The notes: generated by a model from the sequence alone, not told the origin. DNA of 64,000 bases from an uncultured Acidobacteriota bacterium (GCA_963793695.1 CAWCBB010000008.1:6833-70832); one strand, 5' to 3'. Shown: positions 1 to 12,496, counted from the first letter of the stretch. Translations and numbers: made by a program.

Positions 1-324
1 CGCGCCCGCGCGTAGGGGAGTTCCCCTTCGCCATGTACTGGCGGAGGATCTCGACCGGCTTCGACCCGCGACGAGCATCGAGCCCAGGTTGCGGATGAGC
101 GGCGAGATGACGTCGCCCTTCGAGAAATCGAGCGCGTACGCGGTCGCCACCGATTCCCCTTCCTGGCCGAGGGAGCGGTAGATGCCGCCGATCACTTTGC
201 TCTGGCGGAAGAGGGCGACGATCCGCTCCTCGAGGGCGCGGGTCATGCGAAGGTGATGTGCGATCTCGAGGAGGCGCTCGCGGGTCAGCGCGCCGCCCGT
301 CGCCTCAGGGGCCTGAAGGGTCAA
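1..324 (-). CDS. 2-oxoacid dehydrogenase E1 component alpha subunit (TPP-dependent), N-terminal part; 3' end lies outside the window; one frameshift near nt 65
   Basis: Minus-strand translation from TTG at 324 (SD GAGGT 5 nt upstream) reads MTLQAPEATGGALTRERLLEIAHHLRMTRALEERIVALFRQSKVIGGIYRSLGQEGESVATAYALDFSKGDVISPLIRNLGSMLV, then shifts frame to KPVEILRQYMAKGNSPTRGR. This is the typical E1-alpha N-terminus (the GQE TPP-fold motif). Confidence 0.6.
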   Translation of the reverse strand, partial: MTLQAPEATGGALTRERLLEIAHHLRMTRALEERIVALFRQSKVIGGIYRSLGQEGESVATAYALDFSKGDVISPLIRNLGSMLVAGRSRSRSSASTWRRGTPLRAGA

Positions 325-402
325 TTCATACCTCGGTGTGACCGGAGCGCGGCTCCGGGTAATGCGGCGGCGCCGCGGGTGCGCGCGGCGCCGCTCGAGT
401 CG

Positions 403-1807
403 TTACTGGTGAATCGAGTGACCGTGAACGTCCTCGGCCGCTTCCATCATCGCCTCGGAGAGGGTCGGATGCGCGTGGATCGTCCTCGCGATCGACTCGG
501 CCGTCGCCTCGAGCTCGAGAGCGACACAGGCTTCCGCGATCAGCTCCGTCGCCTTCGGCCCGACGATGTGGACGCCGAGAAGCTCGTCGTACTTCGCGTC
601 GCTGACGAACTTCACCAGGCCGCCCGACTCGCCGATGATCTTCGCTTTCGCGCTCGCGGTGAAGGCGAACTTCCCGATCTTCACCTCATAGCCGCGCTCC
701 TTCGCTTTCGCCTCGGAGAGGCCGACCGACGCGACCTCGGGATCGCTGTACGTCGCGTTCGGGACGTGGTCGTAATTGATCGGCCTCACCTCGAGCCCCG
801 CCATCTGCTCGACCGCGAGGATCCCCTCGGCCGAGGCGACGTGCGCCAGCGCGGGGGTGGGGACGATGTCGCCGATCGCCCAGACGCCCGGCTCGTCCGT
901 CTTCATGAACTTGTCGACCAGGACGAAGCCGCGGTCGAGGCGGACTTTCGTTTTCTCGAGTCCGACGTCTCCGGTGACCGGCCCGCGGCCGACGGCCGAG
1001 AGGACGATCTCCGTCTCCACTTCCTGCTGCTTGCCGTTCTTGAGTGCGATGACGCTCTTCACGCCCCCCTCGGTCGGCGTGCAGCTTTCCACCTTCACGT
1101 CCGTCATGACGTCGATGCCCCGCTTCTTGAAGAGGCGCGTGAACTCCTTCGAGATCTCCTCGTCTTCGATCGGCAGCAGCTGCGGCAGCACTTCGACGAT
1201 CGTCACCTCGGTTCCGAACGAATGGAAGATCGACGCGAACTCGCATCCGACCGCGCCCGCGCCGATGACGAGCATCGACTTCGGCACGCGGTCGATCTGG
1301 AGGATGTGGTCGGAGTTGATGATCTTCTTCCCGTCGGATTTGATGTGGGGGAGATCGCGCGGCACGGACCCCATCGCCAGCAGGATGTTCTTCGTCGAGA
1401 GCTTCCTCGGCTCCGATCCTTCCGCCGTCACTTCCACGAGGCCCTTTCCGGCGATGCGGGCCGAAGCCCTTGATCCGCTCCACCTTGTTCTTCTTGAAGA
1501 GAAACTCGATCCCCTTCGCGTTCTTGTCGACGACCGACTGCTTCCGCGTCTGGACCTGCGCGAAGTCGAGCGTGACGTCGCCGACGGTGATTCCGAATTC
1601 CTTCGACTTCTGGATCTTGTGCCAGATGTCGGCGTTTTCGAGGAGCGCCTTCGTCGGGATGCATCCGCGGTGGAGGCAGGTTCCTCCCACGAACGGGTCC
1701 TTTTCGACGACGGCGACCTTGAGGCCGAGCTGCCCCGCGCGAATGCCGGCGACGTAGCCGCCCGGACCGCTGCCGATGACGATGACGTCGTACTGAGTTT
1801 CTGCCAA
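403..1807 (-). CDS. lpdA: dihydrolipoyl dehydrogenase (E3); one frameshift near nt 1455
   Basis: The N-terminus (AETQYDVIVIGSGPGGYVAGIRAGQLGLKVAVVEKDPFVGGTCLHRGCIPTK) and the C-terminal 340 aa (GVHIVGPKATELIAEA...HAHPTLSEAMMEAAE) are in two frames. The likely start is TTG at 1807, preceded by GGAGGTG. Confidence 0.85.
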
Positions 1808-1907
1808 GAAGGCACCTCCGGTGGGTTTCCGAAGGCCCGCAGCCACGAACGTGTGACGGCCGGCCTTGCGGAGCGGCGTGCATTATACGGGCCGGGGAGA
1901 GACGCGG

Positions 1908-1983
1908 GTAGGGGCGCGCTGCGCGCGCCCGGAATCATGTCTGCGCGTGGACGGAATTCCGGGCGCCCGCAGGGCGCCCCTAC
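1908..1983. repeat. REP-like GC-rich palindromic units in inverted orientation (GTAGGGGCGCGCTGCGCGCGCCC ... GGGCGCCCGCAGGGCGCCCCTAC)
   Basis: An inverted pair flanks ggaatcatgtctgcgcgtggacggaattcc. The same 23-mer, GGGCGCGCGCAGCGCGCCCCTAC, occurs at 29295 and 46844. Confidence 0.6.
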
Positions 1984-2007
1984 AGTAGGGCGGCCGCGGG
2001 CCGCCCG

Positions 2008-5000
2008 CTACTGGCCCGGGATGAACGTCGGATCCTGCGTCATGTTGTCGACCGTCGATCCGTACGCGACGATCTTCCCGTCCCCGCCGACCACGCGGAG
2101 CGCGACGCGCGCGTTGTACGTGGTTCCGGCGTTGAGCGTCTTGAGGATCTGGTTGAACTGGCGGAACTCGTTCGGCTTCAGAGTGAACTCGACGCGCGGG
2201 GTCACCCGCGACTCGGCCGGGAACGCGCTCAGTTCGACGCGCACTTCCTTCCCCGTGACTTCCACGATGCCGAGGTTCGAGCGGATGTTGCTCGACTGCT
2301 CGAGCTGGAGGACCTGCATCGCGCGATCGCCGAGGCCGATCGCGTCCTCCTCGGTGACGGCCGCCATGAACTGTCCGTAGCTGCCCGCTCTCGCGCTGAT
2401 CGTACGTCCGCCCGGTGACGACGAGCTCCGAGTCGGTCGCCGTCGTGATCTGGATCGCGCCTCCCGTGTTGCTCTGCCCCGAACAGCGTCGGGACGATGT
2501 CGCCGAGGGTGCGGATGGTTCCCGGGCCGATCTGGACCGTCGCCGTCTTCGCCGCGGTCGAGGCGCCGACCGGGAAGAACGCGACCGTCGCGCTCACCGA
2601 AGCGAGCCCCGCGTTGAAGACCTGGACGTCGCGTGCGCCACCGCGCCTGACCGGTGTCGAAGTGGGCGATGCCGGGCATCACGTATTTGCGCGCGCCGAT
2701 CTTCGCGAGATCGACCGCGTGCACCTGGAGCGGGTCTCCCGTGACGTTGTCGACGACCGAGGCGTACGCGGCGATCCTGTCCGTCGCCCGAGACGACCTC
2801 GACTTCGGCGCGCGGCGTCGTGACGTTCGTGAGTCCGTTCGTCGGCGAGGACCTGGTTGAGCTGGCGGTGCTCGCCGGGCTTGAGGCTCAGCGGCACGGT
2901 CAGAAGCTCGCCCCGCTCGCCGTCGAAGAAGCGGATCTCGACCGAGACCGGCTGCCCCGATGCTTCAGCCACGCCGACGTTCGTTCGGTAGCCGCTCGAC
3001 TGCGCGAGCTGCTGGAGCGACAGAATGCTCTTCTTCGCTCTCCGGCCGGAGTCGATCCGCCGACGAATGACGCGAACGGGATCGCGGGGATGTACTCGCC
3101 GAGAGTTCCCTGCGGGGTTTTGTTGTACGTCCGCGACGAGGCGAGCGAGACGAGAGAGCGCGTGACCGGAATTGCCTGCGCTCCCTTGCCCGCGCCGCGC
3201 CGTTCCGAGCGGCCGGATCTCGAGCACGCCCGTCGCGCCCTCTCCCGGCAGCGAGCCGAGCCCGTACCACTGCTTGACCACGTCGTCGAGCGCCGCGTTC
3301 TGTCCCGGCGCGAGCTCGAGCTCGCACGTCTTTCCGCCCAGCGTCGCGTCCGTTCCCGTGCTCGTCCAGAGGAGCCGGTACTTCTGCTTCTCCGAACCGA
3401 GATTGAGAACGCGGACGTCCGTTTGCCACTCGGAGTTGACGCCCGTCGCGTGCGCGACCGCCGGGATGATGAGCGATTCGGCCACAGGGGAGTCCTTCCC
3501 CTTGTTCGTGACCGGCGTGACGAGCGTGACCGAGACCGGCGTCGATCCGGTGACGGGGTCGTGTCGAGAGCCTGCTTCGCCGCCGGCGATCGCGATGAAC
3601 GTCATCGTCACCGTCCCGGTGTTCGTTCCGACCGGGAGTCCGACGGGGTTCGTGATGACGGTCACGGTCACTCCGTCCTGGCCGATGGTGCCGCCGGGCG
3701 GCTCGACGCGCATCCAGTCGCGGTCCGTCGTCGCGATGAAGGTGTAGCTCGTCTGCAGGTCCGGAGTGGGGGAGGGGATGAACAGCTGCTGCCGGATCTC
3801 CTCCTCGTTGCCGAACTGCACGACCGTCTCGGCCTCGGTGGAGGCGGGCGGCGGAAGCGGGATGACGACGATCCGGCCGACGCCGGAGAACTCGCATCCC
3901 TGCTGCGCGAGCTTGACGCGGTAGTAGTACGCGCGCGGCTCGCGTCACGCCGTGCTCGAACATCGCGAAGACGAACTCGCCCGTCGGGTCGACTTCGCCT
4001 TCCTTGTCGGCGAGGATGGTCGTGAAGCCGGCCGTGTCGGATTCCTCGAAGAGGTAGCTGCAGCCCGACCGAGACGATCGTCGCGCGAACCTCGATACGG
4101 CTTGTCCGTGGTCACCTCGCCCTGGAGCGAGAGGACCGGCGGGAAGCAGGAGACGTTCACCTGAACGGTGCGCGACTGCAGCGAGCCGCATCCTTCGGGC
4201 AGCACCGCCTCGACGTACCAGGCGAGCGCCGCGCCCGCCGGGAATGTCGGCCGCCAGCGCGGGATCGGCGGCGCTTCCGTCGACCGTCCCCGCGTTCTGG
4301 AACGCGCTTCCGTTGATCGACATGAAGAGGTCGTAACGGGCGGTACCTCACCGGCGCCCAGCGGAAGAGCACCGGCGTCTGCGTCGATCGCGTCGCTCTC
4401 GAGCGGCGCGATCGGCTCCGGAGCCCCGCTCGGGCAATCGCGAACGACGGTGATGAGACGATCCGTCGAGCTGAGGCTCGGACAGCCGTCGGCGAAGTCG
4501 GCGATCACCCGCCAGCTGAACGTGCCGAGAGACATGGAATCGTCGTCGCCATCGTGGCCGGCAGCGGCGCCGCCGGCTGCGGGATCACCGCGATTTCCTC
4601 GAGGCCGCCTTCGGGGCTGAAGATCGCGAGGTGGTACTGCGTCGCGTTCGTCGCAACGGTCCACTCGAACCGGACGTCGGGCGCGAGCTCGGCGCCCGGC
4701 TGCGGCGCGACGAGGAGCGGCGCGGAATTCGGACAGGGTTCGGCGACCGTGAAGCGGACGCACGCCGACTCGGGCGGCGTCGTGCAGCCGCTCTTCTCGG
4801 CGACGACCTTCCAGTCGTATTCGCCGGGCGCGAGGCCGCTGTACGCCATCTGCGTTCCCGTGGTGGTTCCGAGGAGCGTCGCGCAGCCGGATCCCGCGGG
4901 ACCGAGGTAGATCCTGTAGAGGTCCGCGCCGGTTCCGCCGGTCCAGGAGAGCGTCCCGTTGCCTTCGACCTGGGTACCCGAACCGGGAGCGATCGCCGAG

Positions 5001-8000
5001 ACGGCAGCGGGGCAGGGGGCCGTCTGAACGGTCACGGTGACCGTGCCGACCGCCTGCCCACCGGCCCGTCGGAAACCGTGTACGTGAACGAATCCGTCCC
5101 CGCCGAGCCGGCAGGGGTGTACGTGCAGGAGCCGGCGGGCGTGCAGGAGACCGTTCCGATCGAGCCGTTCGTCGATGAGAGAACCGAGAGCGGTCCGCCG
5201 TCGATGTCGCTGTCGTTCGACAGCACGTTGATCAAGACCGGCGCGTTCGCGGTGGTCGTCGCCGCGTCGGCGCCCGCGGTGGGCGGATCGTTGACCGGCG
5301 TCACCGTGATGGTGACCGTGCCGACCGACGAGACGAATCCGTCGCTGACCGTGTAGGTGAACGAGTCGGAACCGTTGAAGTTCGCGTTCGGCGTGTAGGT
5401 GCAGGTCGCCGTTCCGCAGGCGGCGGTCCCGTTCGTCGCCGGTGTGAATCCGGTGATCGTGAGCGGATTGCCGTTCGGATCCGTGTCGTTCAGGAGGACG
5501 TTGATGCCGAGCGACGTGTCCTCCGGATAGGTTCCGGTGTCGGGGTTCGCGACGGGTGCCGCATTCCCGGTGGTCACGAGATCGACGTACGTCGCCCCGG
5601 TCATCACGTTGAGGCTGTTTCCCCCTCCGAGGTCGGTGCCGTTCGTGGTCGCGAACGCGTTGTTCGGCGAGGGAGCGAGCGATCCGAACGTGAGGATCCG
5701 ATACGAGTTCCCGTCCACCGGGACGTACGGTGAGAGGAGCGCCACGTTCAGGGTTCCGCCGAGCGAGGCGGTGCCGGTGACGTTGAGCTGATCGAATTGC
5801 GTGCCCGCGGTGAGACCGGCCAGCTCGACGTCGAGCGAGCCGGAGGCGCCTTGCGTGTAGTTGCCGTCGATCGTGAGCGCGCCGGGCGAGGTGCCTGGCT
5901 TGACCGTGCCGCCGCTGTTGAGGACGTTGCCCGTGAACGTGCCGCCGCCCATCAGCGCGCCGCCCTGGAAATCGACCGCGCCGTTCGAGGCCGCGTTCGC
6001 GCCCGCGGCGATCGAAAAGGCTCCCGCCGTCTGGACGAACGGAGCGGTGGAAAAGTCGAGCGTTCCGGCCTGAACGTCGATCGTTCCGGCGTTCGTGACG
6101 TTCGCCGAGAGGAACTGCGAGGTTGCCGTGCCGTTGCGGACGAACGTCGCGCCGGCCTGGTTCTCGAACCGCGACGCGGCGCCGGTGCAGCAGTAGTAGT
6201 AGAACGCTCCGGTGTCCGAGCGGGTGAGGGTCGCGCCCGCGAGGTTCTCGATCGCGCCACCCTGGTTTCCGTAGACCCACCCGGTGCCGCTCCAGGTGCC
6301 GGAGCCGCCGTTGCGGAGCGTCGCGCCGAGAAGATACTTGGCCCCCGGTCCGGTGAGGTTGACGGCCCCCGGAGACGCCGCGATCTGGACGATGGTCGTT
6401 CCACCGAGGGTACCCGTTGACCAGTTCATCGTGCCGGCGACGCCGATCTGGCTCGAGCCGCCGAGCGTTCCGCCGGTGAGATCGAGGTTCTGCATCGACG
6501 CGGAGGGCGCGGTGAGCGAGAGTGTGCCGCCGGGGATCGAGGTGAGGCCGCTGTTGGCGAATGGGCCAGAGGCGTTCACCGCGCCGGTCGTGACCTCGAT
6601 CGTGCCGTTCGACGAGATCGCGCCCGAGAGCGTGTGCGTGCCGCCCGCGAAGCGCAGGATTCCCGGGGAGGTCACGCCGAACGCACCGGAGCCGGATCCG
6701 CCGCCGCTCAGCGACAGGATTCCCGAGGTGACGGCCACCGTCCCCGTGTTGTTCAGCTGCGGATAGATGGTCGTCGCGGCGGTCCCGCCCGTCTTCTGGA
6801 ACGTGCCGCTGTTGTCGATGCGTGGAGTGCCGACGCCGTTGGAGTAGATGTAGGCGACGTCGGAAGTGATGTCGAAGGTCGCCGCGTTCTGGAGGACGCC
6901 TCCGTTGTAGATGCTCAGATAGTAGGGGCCGCCGCCGTACGTCGCGTTCGAGTTGAGGACGAGGGTACGCCCGTCGAGGTACGCGTAGCCGGTGTCGTTC
7001 GGGAACGCGGCGGAGCCGCCGGCGAGGACGGTCGTGGTCCCCGTCCCGCCGAGCGTCCCGCCGCTGAACGTGAAGGCGCCGCTCACGGTGATCGCCCCGG
7101 ATCCCTGGAGCGTGCCGCCGGCGATCGTGAGGGCGGGGGAGGATGCCGCGGCGTTGAACGTGTGCGCTCCCGCGTCGACGAGCGTCAGGCCGCTCCCGGT
7201 GAGGGCGTAGCTCCCGGCGAGCGTCGTCGTCCCGTTGCTGAAGCGCATCGTTCCGGTTCCGCTCACGGCCGATGGCGCGGTCAGCGAATGCGCGCCGCCG
7301 TTGAAGCGGAGGACGGCGGGCGCGGTGGCCGTGAACATGCCGGGGCTCGTCCCGCCGCCGTTGAAGCTCAGGATTCCCGAGGTGACGGCGGTCGAGCCGC
7401 TGTTGTTGAAGCCGCAGTAGACGATGGTCTCGCCCGTCCCGGCCGTCTTCTGGAACGTACCGCTGTTGTCGATCCGGGGGGAGCCGACGCCGTTGCTGTA
7501 GAGCGGCGCGTCGTTCTGGATGTCGAACGTCCCGCTCGTCGCGAGGACGCCGCCGTTGTAGATGCTGAGGTAATACGGGCCGCCGCCGTACGTCGAGGCG
7601 GCGTTGATCGTGAGCGTCCGGCCGTCGAGGTAGGCGTATCCCGTGTTGTTCGGGAACGCGGCGGAGCCGCTCGCGAGGACGGTCGTGGTCCCCGTCCCGC
7701 CGAGCGTCCCGCCGCTGAACGTGAAGGCGCCGCTCACGGTGATCGCCCCGGATCCCTGGAGCGTGCCGCCGGCGATCGTGAGGGCGGGGGAGGATGCCGC
7801 GGCGTTGAACGTGTGCGCTCCCGCGTCGACGAGCGTCAGGCCGCTCCCGGTGAGGGCGTAGCTCCCGGCGAGCGTCGTCGTCCCGTTGCTGAAGCGCATC
7901 GTTCCGGTTCCGCTCACGGCCGATGGCGCGGTCAGCGAATGCGCGCCGCCGTTGAAGCGGAGGACGGCGGGCGCGGTGGCCGTGAACATGCCGGGGTTCG

Positions 8001-10714
8001 TCCCGCCGCCGTTGAAGCTCAGGGTCCCCGAGGTGACGGCGGTCGAGCCGCTGTTGTTGAAGCCGCAGTAGACGATGGTCTCGCCCGTCCCGGCCGTCTT
8101 CTGGAACGTGCCGCTGTTGTCGATCCGGGGGGAGCCGACGCCGTTGCTGTAGAGCGGCGCGTCGTTCTGGATGTCGAACGTCCCGCTCGTCGCGAGGACG
8201 CCGCCGTTGTAGATGCTGAGGTAATACGGGCCGCCGCCGTACGTCGAGGCGGCGTTGATCGTGAGCGTCCGGCCGTCGAGATAGGAGTAGCCGACGTCGT
8301 TGAGGAACGAGGCCGATCCGCCGGCGAGAACCGTCGTCGTGCCCGTGCCCTTGAGCGTTCCGCCGTGGAAAAGGAAGGGGCCGGTGACGCTCACCGCGCC
8401 GCTGCCCTGCATGATGCCGCCGGAGACGTTGAGCACGCCCGTCGACGCGGCCGCGTCGAACGTCGCCGTGCCGCCGCTGACGATGGTGGTTCCGGTCACC
8501 GTGTACGCGCCGGCGAGGGTGACGCTCCCGGCCGTGAACTCGACCTGTCCCGCGCCGGTGACCGTCGAGCTCGCGCTCAGGGAATGGGTTCCGTTCGAGA
8601 AGCGGAGGATGCCGGTGGAGGCGGTAAAGGTGCCGTTGCTCGTTCCGCCCCCGCTCAGCGCGAGCGTGCCCGAAGCCGCGGTGACGTTGCCGTCGTTGTT
8701 CACGGCGGGAGCGAGGGTCGTCACGAACGTTCCACCGCTCTTCGTGATCGAGCCGGTCGCCGTATTCACGATCAACGGGGTTCCCGTCCCGTATGCGTAG
8801 ATCTGGCTGTCCCCATTCAGCGAGAAGGCGGCGGAGTTCGTGAGCTGCGCTCCGTTCGCGAGGCTGAGATAGTAGGAGGGCTCGTACGTCGTGGGCCCGT
8901 TCACGGCGAGCGTATGCGCGTCGAGCGTCGTATAGCCGTAGCCCGCGGCGACACCGGCCGGGAAGAGAAGGGTCCCCGTCGCCGCGATCGTCGTCGTCGT
9001 CGCCGGGCCGCCGGTGATCGTCCCGCTGCGCCACTCCAGCGTCTTGTTGATGGTCCTGTTGGCGGCCCCGCCGAACGTGCCGCCGGTCAGCCGCAGAACC
9101 GAAACGCTGATCGTCGTGGGGCCATCCGTGTTGAGCGTGCCGGCGGCGAGCTCGGCCTCGCCGGCTCCGCCCAGCGTGCTTCCCGTGAGGAACGTGTGCG
9201 TTCCGCCGTTGAATCTGATGAGGGCGCCGCCGGACATGAGGACCTGCGCGCTGTAGGTTCCCCCGGACATCGGCGTGAGCGCTCCGGCCTGCACGGCGAT
9301 GTTTCCCGTGCTCTCGATCACGGGATAGACGACCGTCTCCGTGCCGACTCCCTGTTTGGCCAGCGTCCCGCTGTTGACGAGCCGGTTCGGGCCGGTACCG
9401 TAGGCGTAGAGGATCGCGGAGCTGGTGATGTAGAAGAGATAGGCGTTGTCGAGCGTCGCGCCGTTCGCGAGGGAGAGGTAGGTGCTCGTCGCCGCGTAGG
9501 TGGCCGTGCCCAGGTTCGTCAGCGTGTGTCCGTCGATGGTCGGGTAGCCGGGGTCTTCGGGGATGTTCAGGACCCCCGTCGACGCCGCGATCGTGGTCGT
9601 CCCGGTGCCGCTGAGCGTCCCTCCGTGAAAGTCGAACTGGTTCGTGACCGTCCGGTTCGCGGCGCCGGTCATGGTGCCGCCGTTGAGGCTGACGATCGCC
9701 GCGTTGATCGTAAGGGGTGACGCGATGTTCATCTGCCCGCTCGCGATCTCGAGCGTCCCGGCCCCGCCGATCGAGCTCGCCGCGTTGAAGGTGTGCGTTC
9801 CTCCGTTCAGCCGCAGCGTCGCGCCGCCGCCGATCGTGAACGCGCCCGTGTGGGAACCGTTCGCGCTCAGCTCGATCGTGCCCGAGCTCGCGGTCACACT
9901 GCCCGCATTGTTGAAGAGCAGATAGATGTTCGTCACGCCGGATGCCGTCGATTTCGTAGAACGAGCCGGTGTTGTCGAACGTGCCGCCCGTCGCTGTGTA
10001 GAGGATGGCATCGCTCACGACGGTGAACGTGTTGGCGTTGGTGAGGACGGCGTTGTTCTGGAGCGCGAAATAGGACGTCGTCAGGCCGTAGGTGATCGCA
10101 CCGGTGTTCGTGAGCGCCCGACCGTCGAGGACCGGGTAGCCGCCCCCCGAGAAGCTGATCGAGCCGGAGGCGGCGACCGTCGTCGATCCCGTCCCCGACA
10201 GGGTACCGCCGCCCCATGCGTAGCCGCCCGAGATCGTCAGCGCCCCCGTGCCGGTGAGGATCCCTCCCGTCTGGGAGAGGGTGCCGCCCGTCAGGACGTT
10301 CGATACGCCGTTCAGCGTGATCGTCGAGCCGGTCTGGGTGATCGTGCCGCCGAAGTCGACCGTGGTCGGTCCGTTGATCGTGAGTGCGGCGCCTGCGACC
10401 GTGAGCGAGATCGAGCTTCCGCACGTGTTGCCGCATCCGACCGTGAGCCCCGCGACCGTGGCAGTCGTGTTCACGACGACCGTGTACGTTCCGGCGCCGG
10501 TGACGTTCGCAACATCCCCCGGGCCGGGAACCACGGCGCCCGACCACTTCGTCGGGTCGTTCCAGTTTCCGGCGCCCCCCGTCCACTGATAGGTCGCGCC
10601 GAAGGAGGGCGCGGCCAGCAGGAGAAGCCCCGAAAGCAGGAGAGCCGCACGAAAAGAAAGCGATGGGGACGAGGCGCTGCGCGCCCCGCGAGTCGTTCCG
10701 TCGAGAACAAGCAT
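2008..10714 (-). CDS. giant secreted adhesin-like protein (about 2,900 aa): signal peptide, long parallel beta-helix-type repeats, cadherin-like Ca-binding repeats, Ig/FN3-like domains. Several frameshifts at the 3' end (nt 2000-5100) and one near 9950
   Basis: The start is around 10714 (MLVLDGTT...RAALLLSGLLLLAAPSFGATYQWTGGAGNWNDPTKWSGAVVPGPGDVANV). There is a repeating period of about 217 aa (GGTL.GTGTTTV.A.G...F..GG.HT..A, YLDGRTLT.N, GTFDIQNDAPLYSNG). There are VNDPPTA...NDSDIDGGPLSV and NDTDPNGNPLTITGF motifs. Two near-identical 651-bp tandem units sit at about 6900-8200. Confidence 0.75.
6900..8200. repeat. near-identical tandem duplication (2 x 651 bp) inside the adhesin gene, embedded in a larger diverged repeat array (about 5700-9900)
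   Basis: The ORF-track pairs 6992-7210 / 7643-7861 and 7235-7420 / 7886-8071 are identical apart from 1-2 residues. The 217-aa protein segments are duplicated. Confidence 0.8.
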
Positions 10715-10976
10715 GCAGGCTCCGGTCGCCGTACAACGGCCGCAAGTAGTGCCCCGCCCGCCCGAACTGCTCACTGTTGGGATCGGGGCAGTATACGGCC
10801 TGATGTGTCATTCGTCACGAGCTGGTGTGAGGTGACGTGCCTCTCGTGATGAAGTACAGCGCTGCCGAGAGAAAGTTGGCCTCCCTCAGAGCCATGCCTG
10901 TCGGAGGAAAAAGGAAAGCGGATCCGAGACGAGGAGCGTCCGAGGCCCGAGGTCTAAGGTCCAAGGCCTACGGTCG

Positions 10977-12120
10977 CTACCGGTACTTATTCGCGCCGGT
11001 ATTGAACAGGACGACGCGCGCATCGCGGGCGATCGCCGCGCGCTCGAGAAGGAGGCGGAGTCCCGCGAGCGCGGCGCCCCCCTCGGGACCGGCGTCGATC
11101 CCTTCCATCGCGCGGATCTCCGCCGCAGCCGGCTCGATCGACTCCTCCGGCACGGCGACCGCGCCTCCGCGCGACTCGCGGAGCGCCGCGAGCATCAGCC
11201 GGTCGCCCACCGCGCGCGGCACGCGGAGGCCCCAGGCCGCCGTCTTCGGGTTCTCCCACTCGGGCGCATTCTCGAGACCCTGCTCGAAGGCGCGGACGAC
11301 GGGCGCGCACCCGCGCGACTGGATGCTGAACATCCGCGGCCGCTCCGGACCGATCCATCCGAGCCGCTCCATCTCGTCGAACGCCTTCCACATCCCGATG
11401 AGGCCCGTCCCTCCGCCGGTCGGGTAGAGGATCGCGTCGGGCACTCCACCGAGCTGCTCGACGAGCTCGTACGCCCATGATCTTCTTTCCCTCGACGCGG
11501 TACGGCTCCTTGAGCGTCGAGAGGTCGAAGCCTCCCCGCTCGCGCAGCACTTCCTGGACGCGCTTTCCCGCGTCCGTGATGACGCCGCGCACCAGCTCGA
11601 CCTCGGCGCCGTACGAGCGGCACTCGTCGATCATGGACGGCGGCGTGTCGTCCGGCATCGCGATGAACACCGGGACGCCGGCGCGCGCGCCGTACGCCGC
11701 GAGGGCCGATCCGGCGTTGCCCGCGGTCGGCGCGGCCAGGAGCTGCGCGCCGAGGCGGCGCGCCATCGTGACGGCCGCGGCCATGCCGCGCGCCTTGAAC
11801 GAGCGCGTCGGGTTGAGCGATTCGTCCTTGATCAGGAGCCCGTTCATCCCGAGAGAGCGTCCGAGGCGGACCGCCGGCAGCAGGGGAGTGTCGCCTTCCC
11901 CGAGGGTGACGATGTCCCTCTGCGGAACGGGCGGGAGGACCTCGCTCCACCGCCACATCCCTCGCGGGCGCGAGCCGATCCGGGCGCGCAGCGGCGGATC
12001 GAGCCCCAGCTCGTACCGGACCAGGATCGGCGCGCCGCACGCGGGGCAGAGGTTGCGCAGGGCGTCGATCGGGGAGGACCCGTCGCAGACGGAGCAGCGG
12101 AGAAGGGCGGGGAAATTCAT
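10977..12120 (-). CDS. thrC: threonine synthase with an N-terminal Zn-ribbon; one frameshift near nt 11455
   Basis: MNFPALLRCSVCDGSSPIDALRNLCPACGAPILVRYEL...KDESLNPTRSFKARGMAAAVTMA (the PLP-lysine motif), then ...PDAILYPTGGGTGLIGMWKAFDEMERLGW in a second frame. Confidence 0.85.
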
Positions 12121-12184
12121 CGTTGATCGCAGATCCTCGATCGTTGCTTGGTTCTTGGTAGTGGTTGCTGATTGGTCGAAGCGT

Positions 12185-12366
12185 GATGTCATCCCGAGCG
12201 TAGCGAGGGATCCGGGTGGGGGCTGCGAAGAACGCAGCGGCGGTGCAGGGCGCGAAAGCCGGCATTCGCTCTGGCCGAAGGCGAATACCGACCCTCGCGC
12301 CCTCCACGGAGCCCGCGTCACGCGTCTCCCCCCGCCCAGATCCCTCGCTACGCTCGGGATGACATC
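12185..12366. mobile_element. MITE-like element, 182 bp, with 28-bp perfect terminal inverted repeats GATGTCATCCCGAGCGTAGCGAGGGATC
   Basis: The TIRs are at 12185-12212 and 12339-12366. A second, inverted copy lies at 27854-28073 with the same termini and a diverged interior. Confidence 0.65.
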
Positions 12367-12405
12367 CTGCCAGGGCGGCGCGGGAACCGCATCTGGCCGA
12401 CTCGA

Positions 12406-12482
12406 TCGCCGCGCAGATTAACACTCCGCGAGGTCGGAGCGCGGTTTTTCAATCTGCAATCTGCAATCCGCAATCTGCAATA
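12406..12482. repeat. heptamer array family B (AATCTGC x4.5), with a single upstream GCAGATT unit and an internal small hairpin
   Basis: caatctgcaatctgcaatccgcaatctgcaat. The same heptamer arrays occur at 20028-20172 and 49544-49650. Confidence 0.7.
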
Positions 12483-12496
12483 GAAAGAGCCGGACA

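Noticed and set aside
253-2380. Long plus-strand ORFs (253-1473, 776-2380) overlapping lpdA
   Set aside because: They are antisense to a well-supported lpdA. They have R/P/G-rich low-complexity translations typical of high-GC off-frame ORFs.
6634-9720. 1,028-aa plus-strand ORF inside the adhesin region
   Set aside because: It is antisense to the adhesin gene. It is extremely Arg/Gly/Asp-rich and internally repetitive only because it mirrors the coding repeats.
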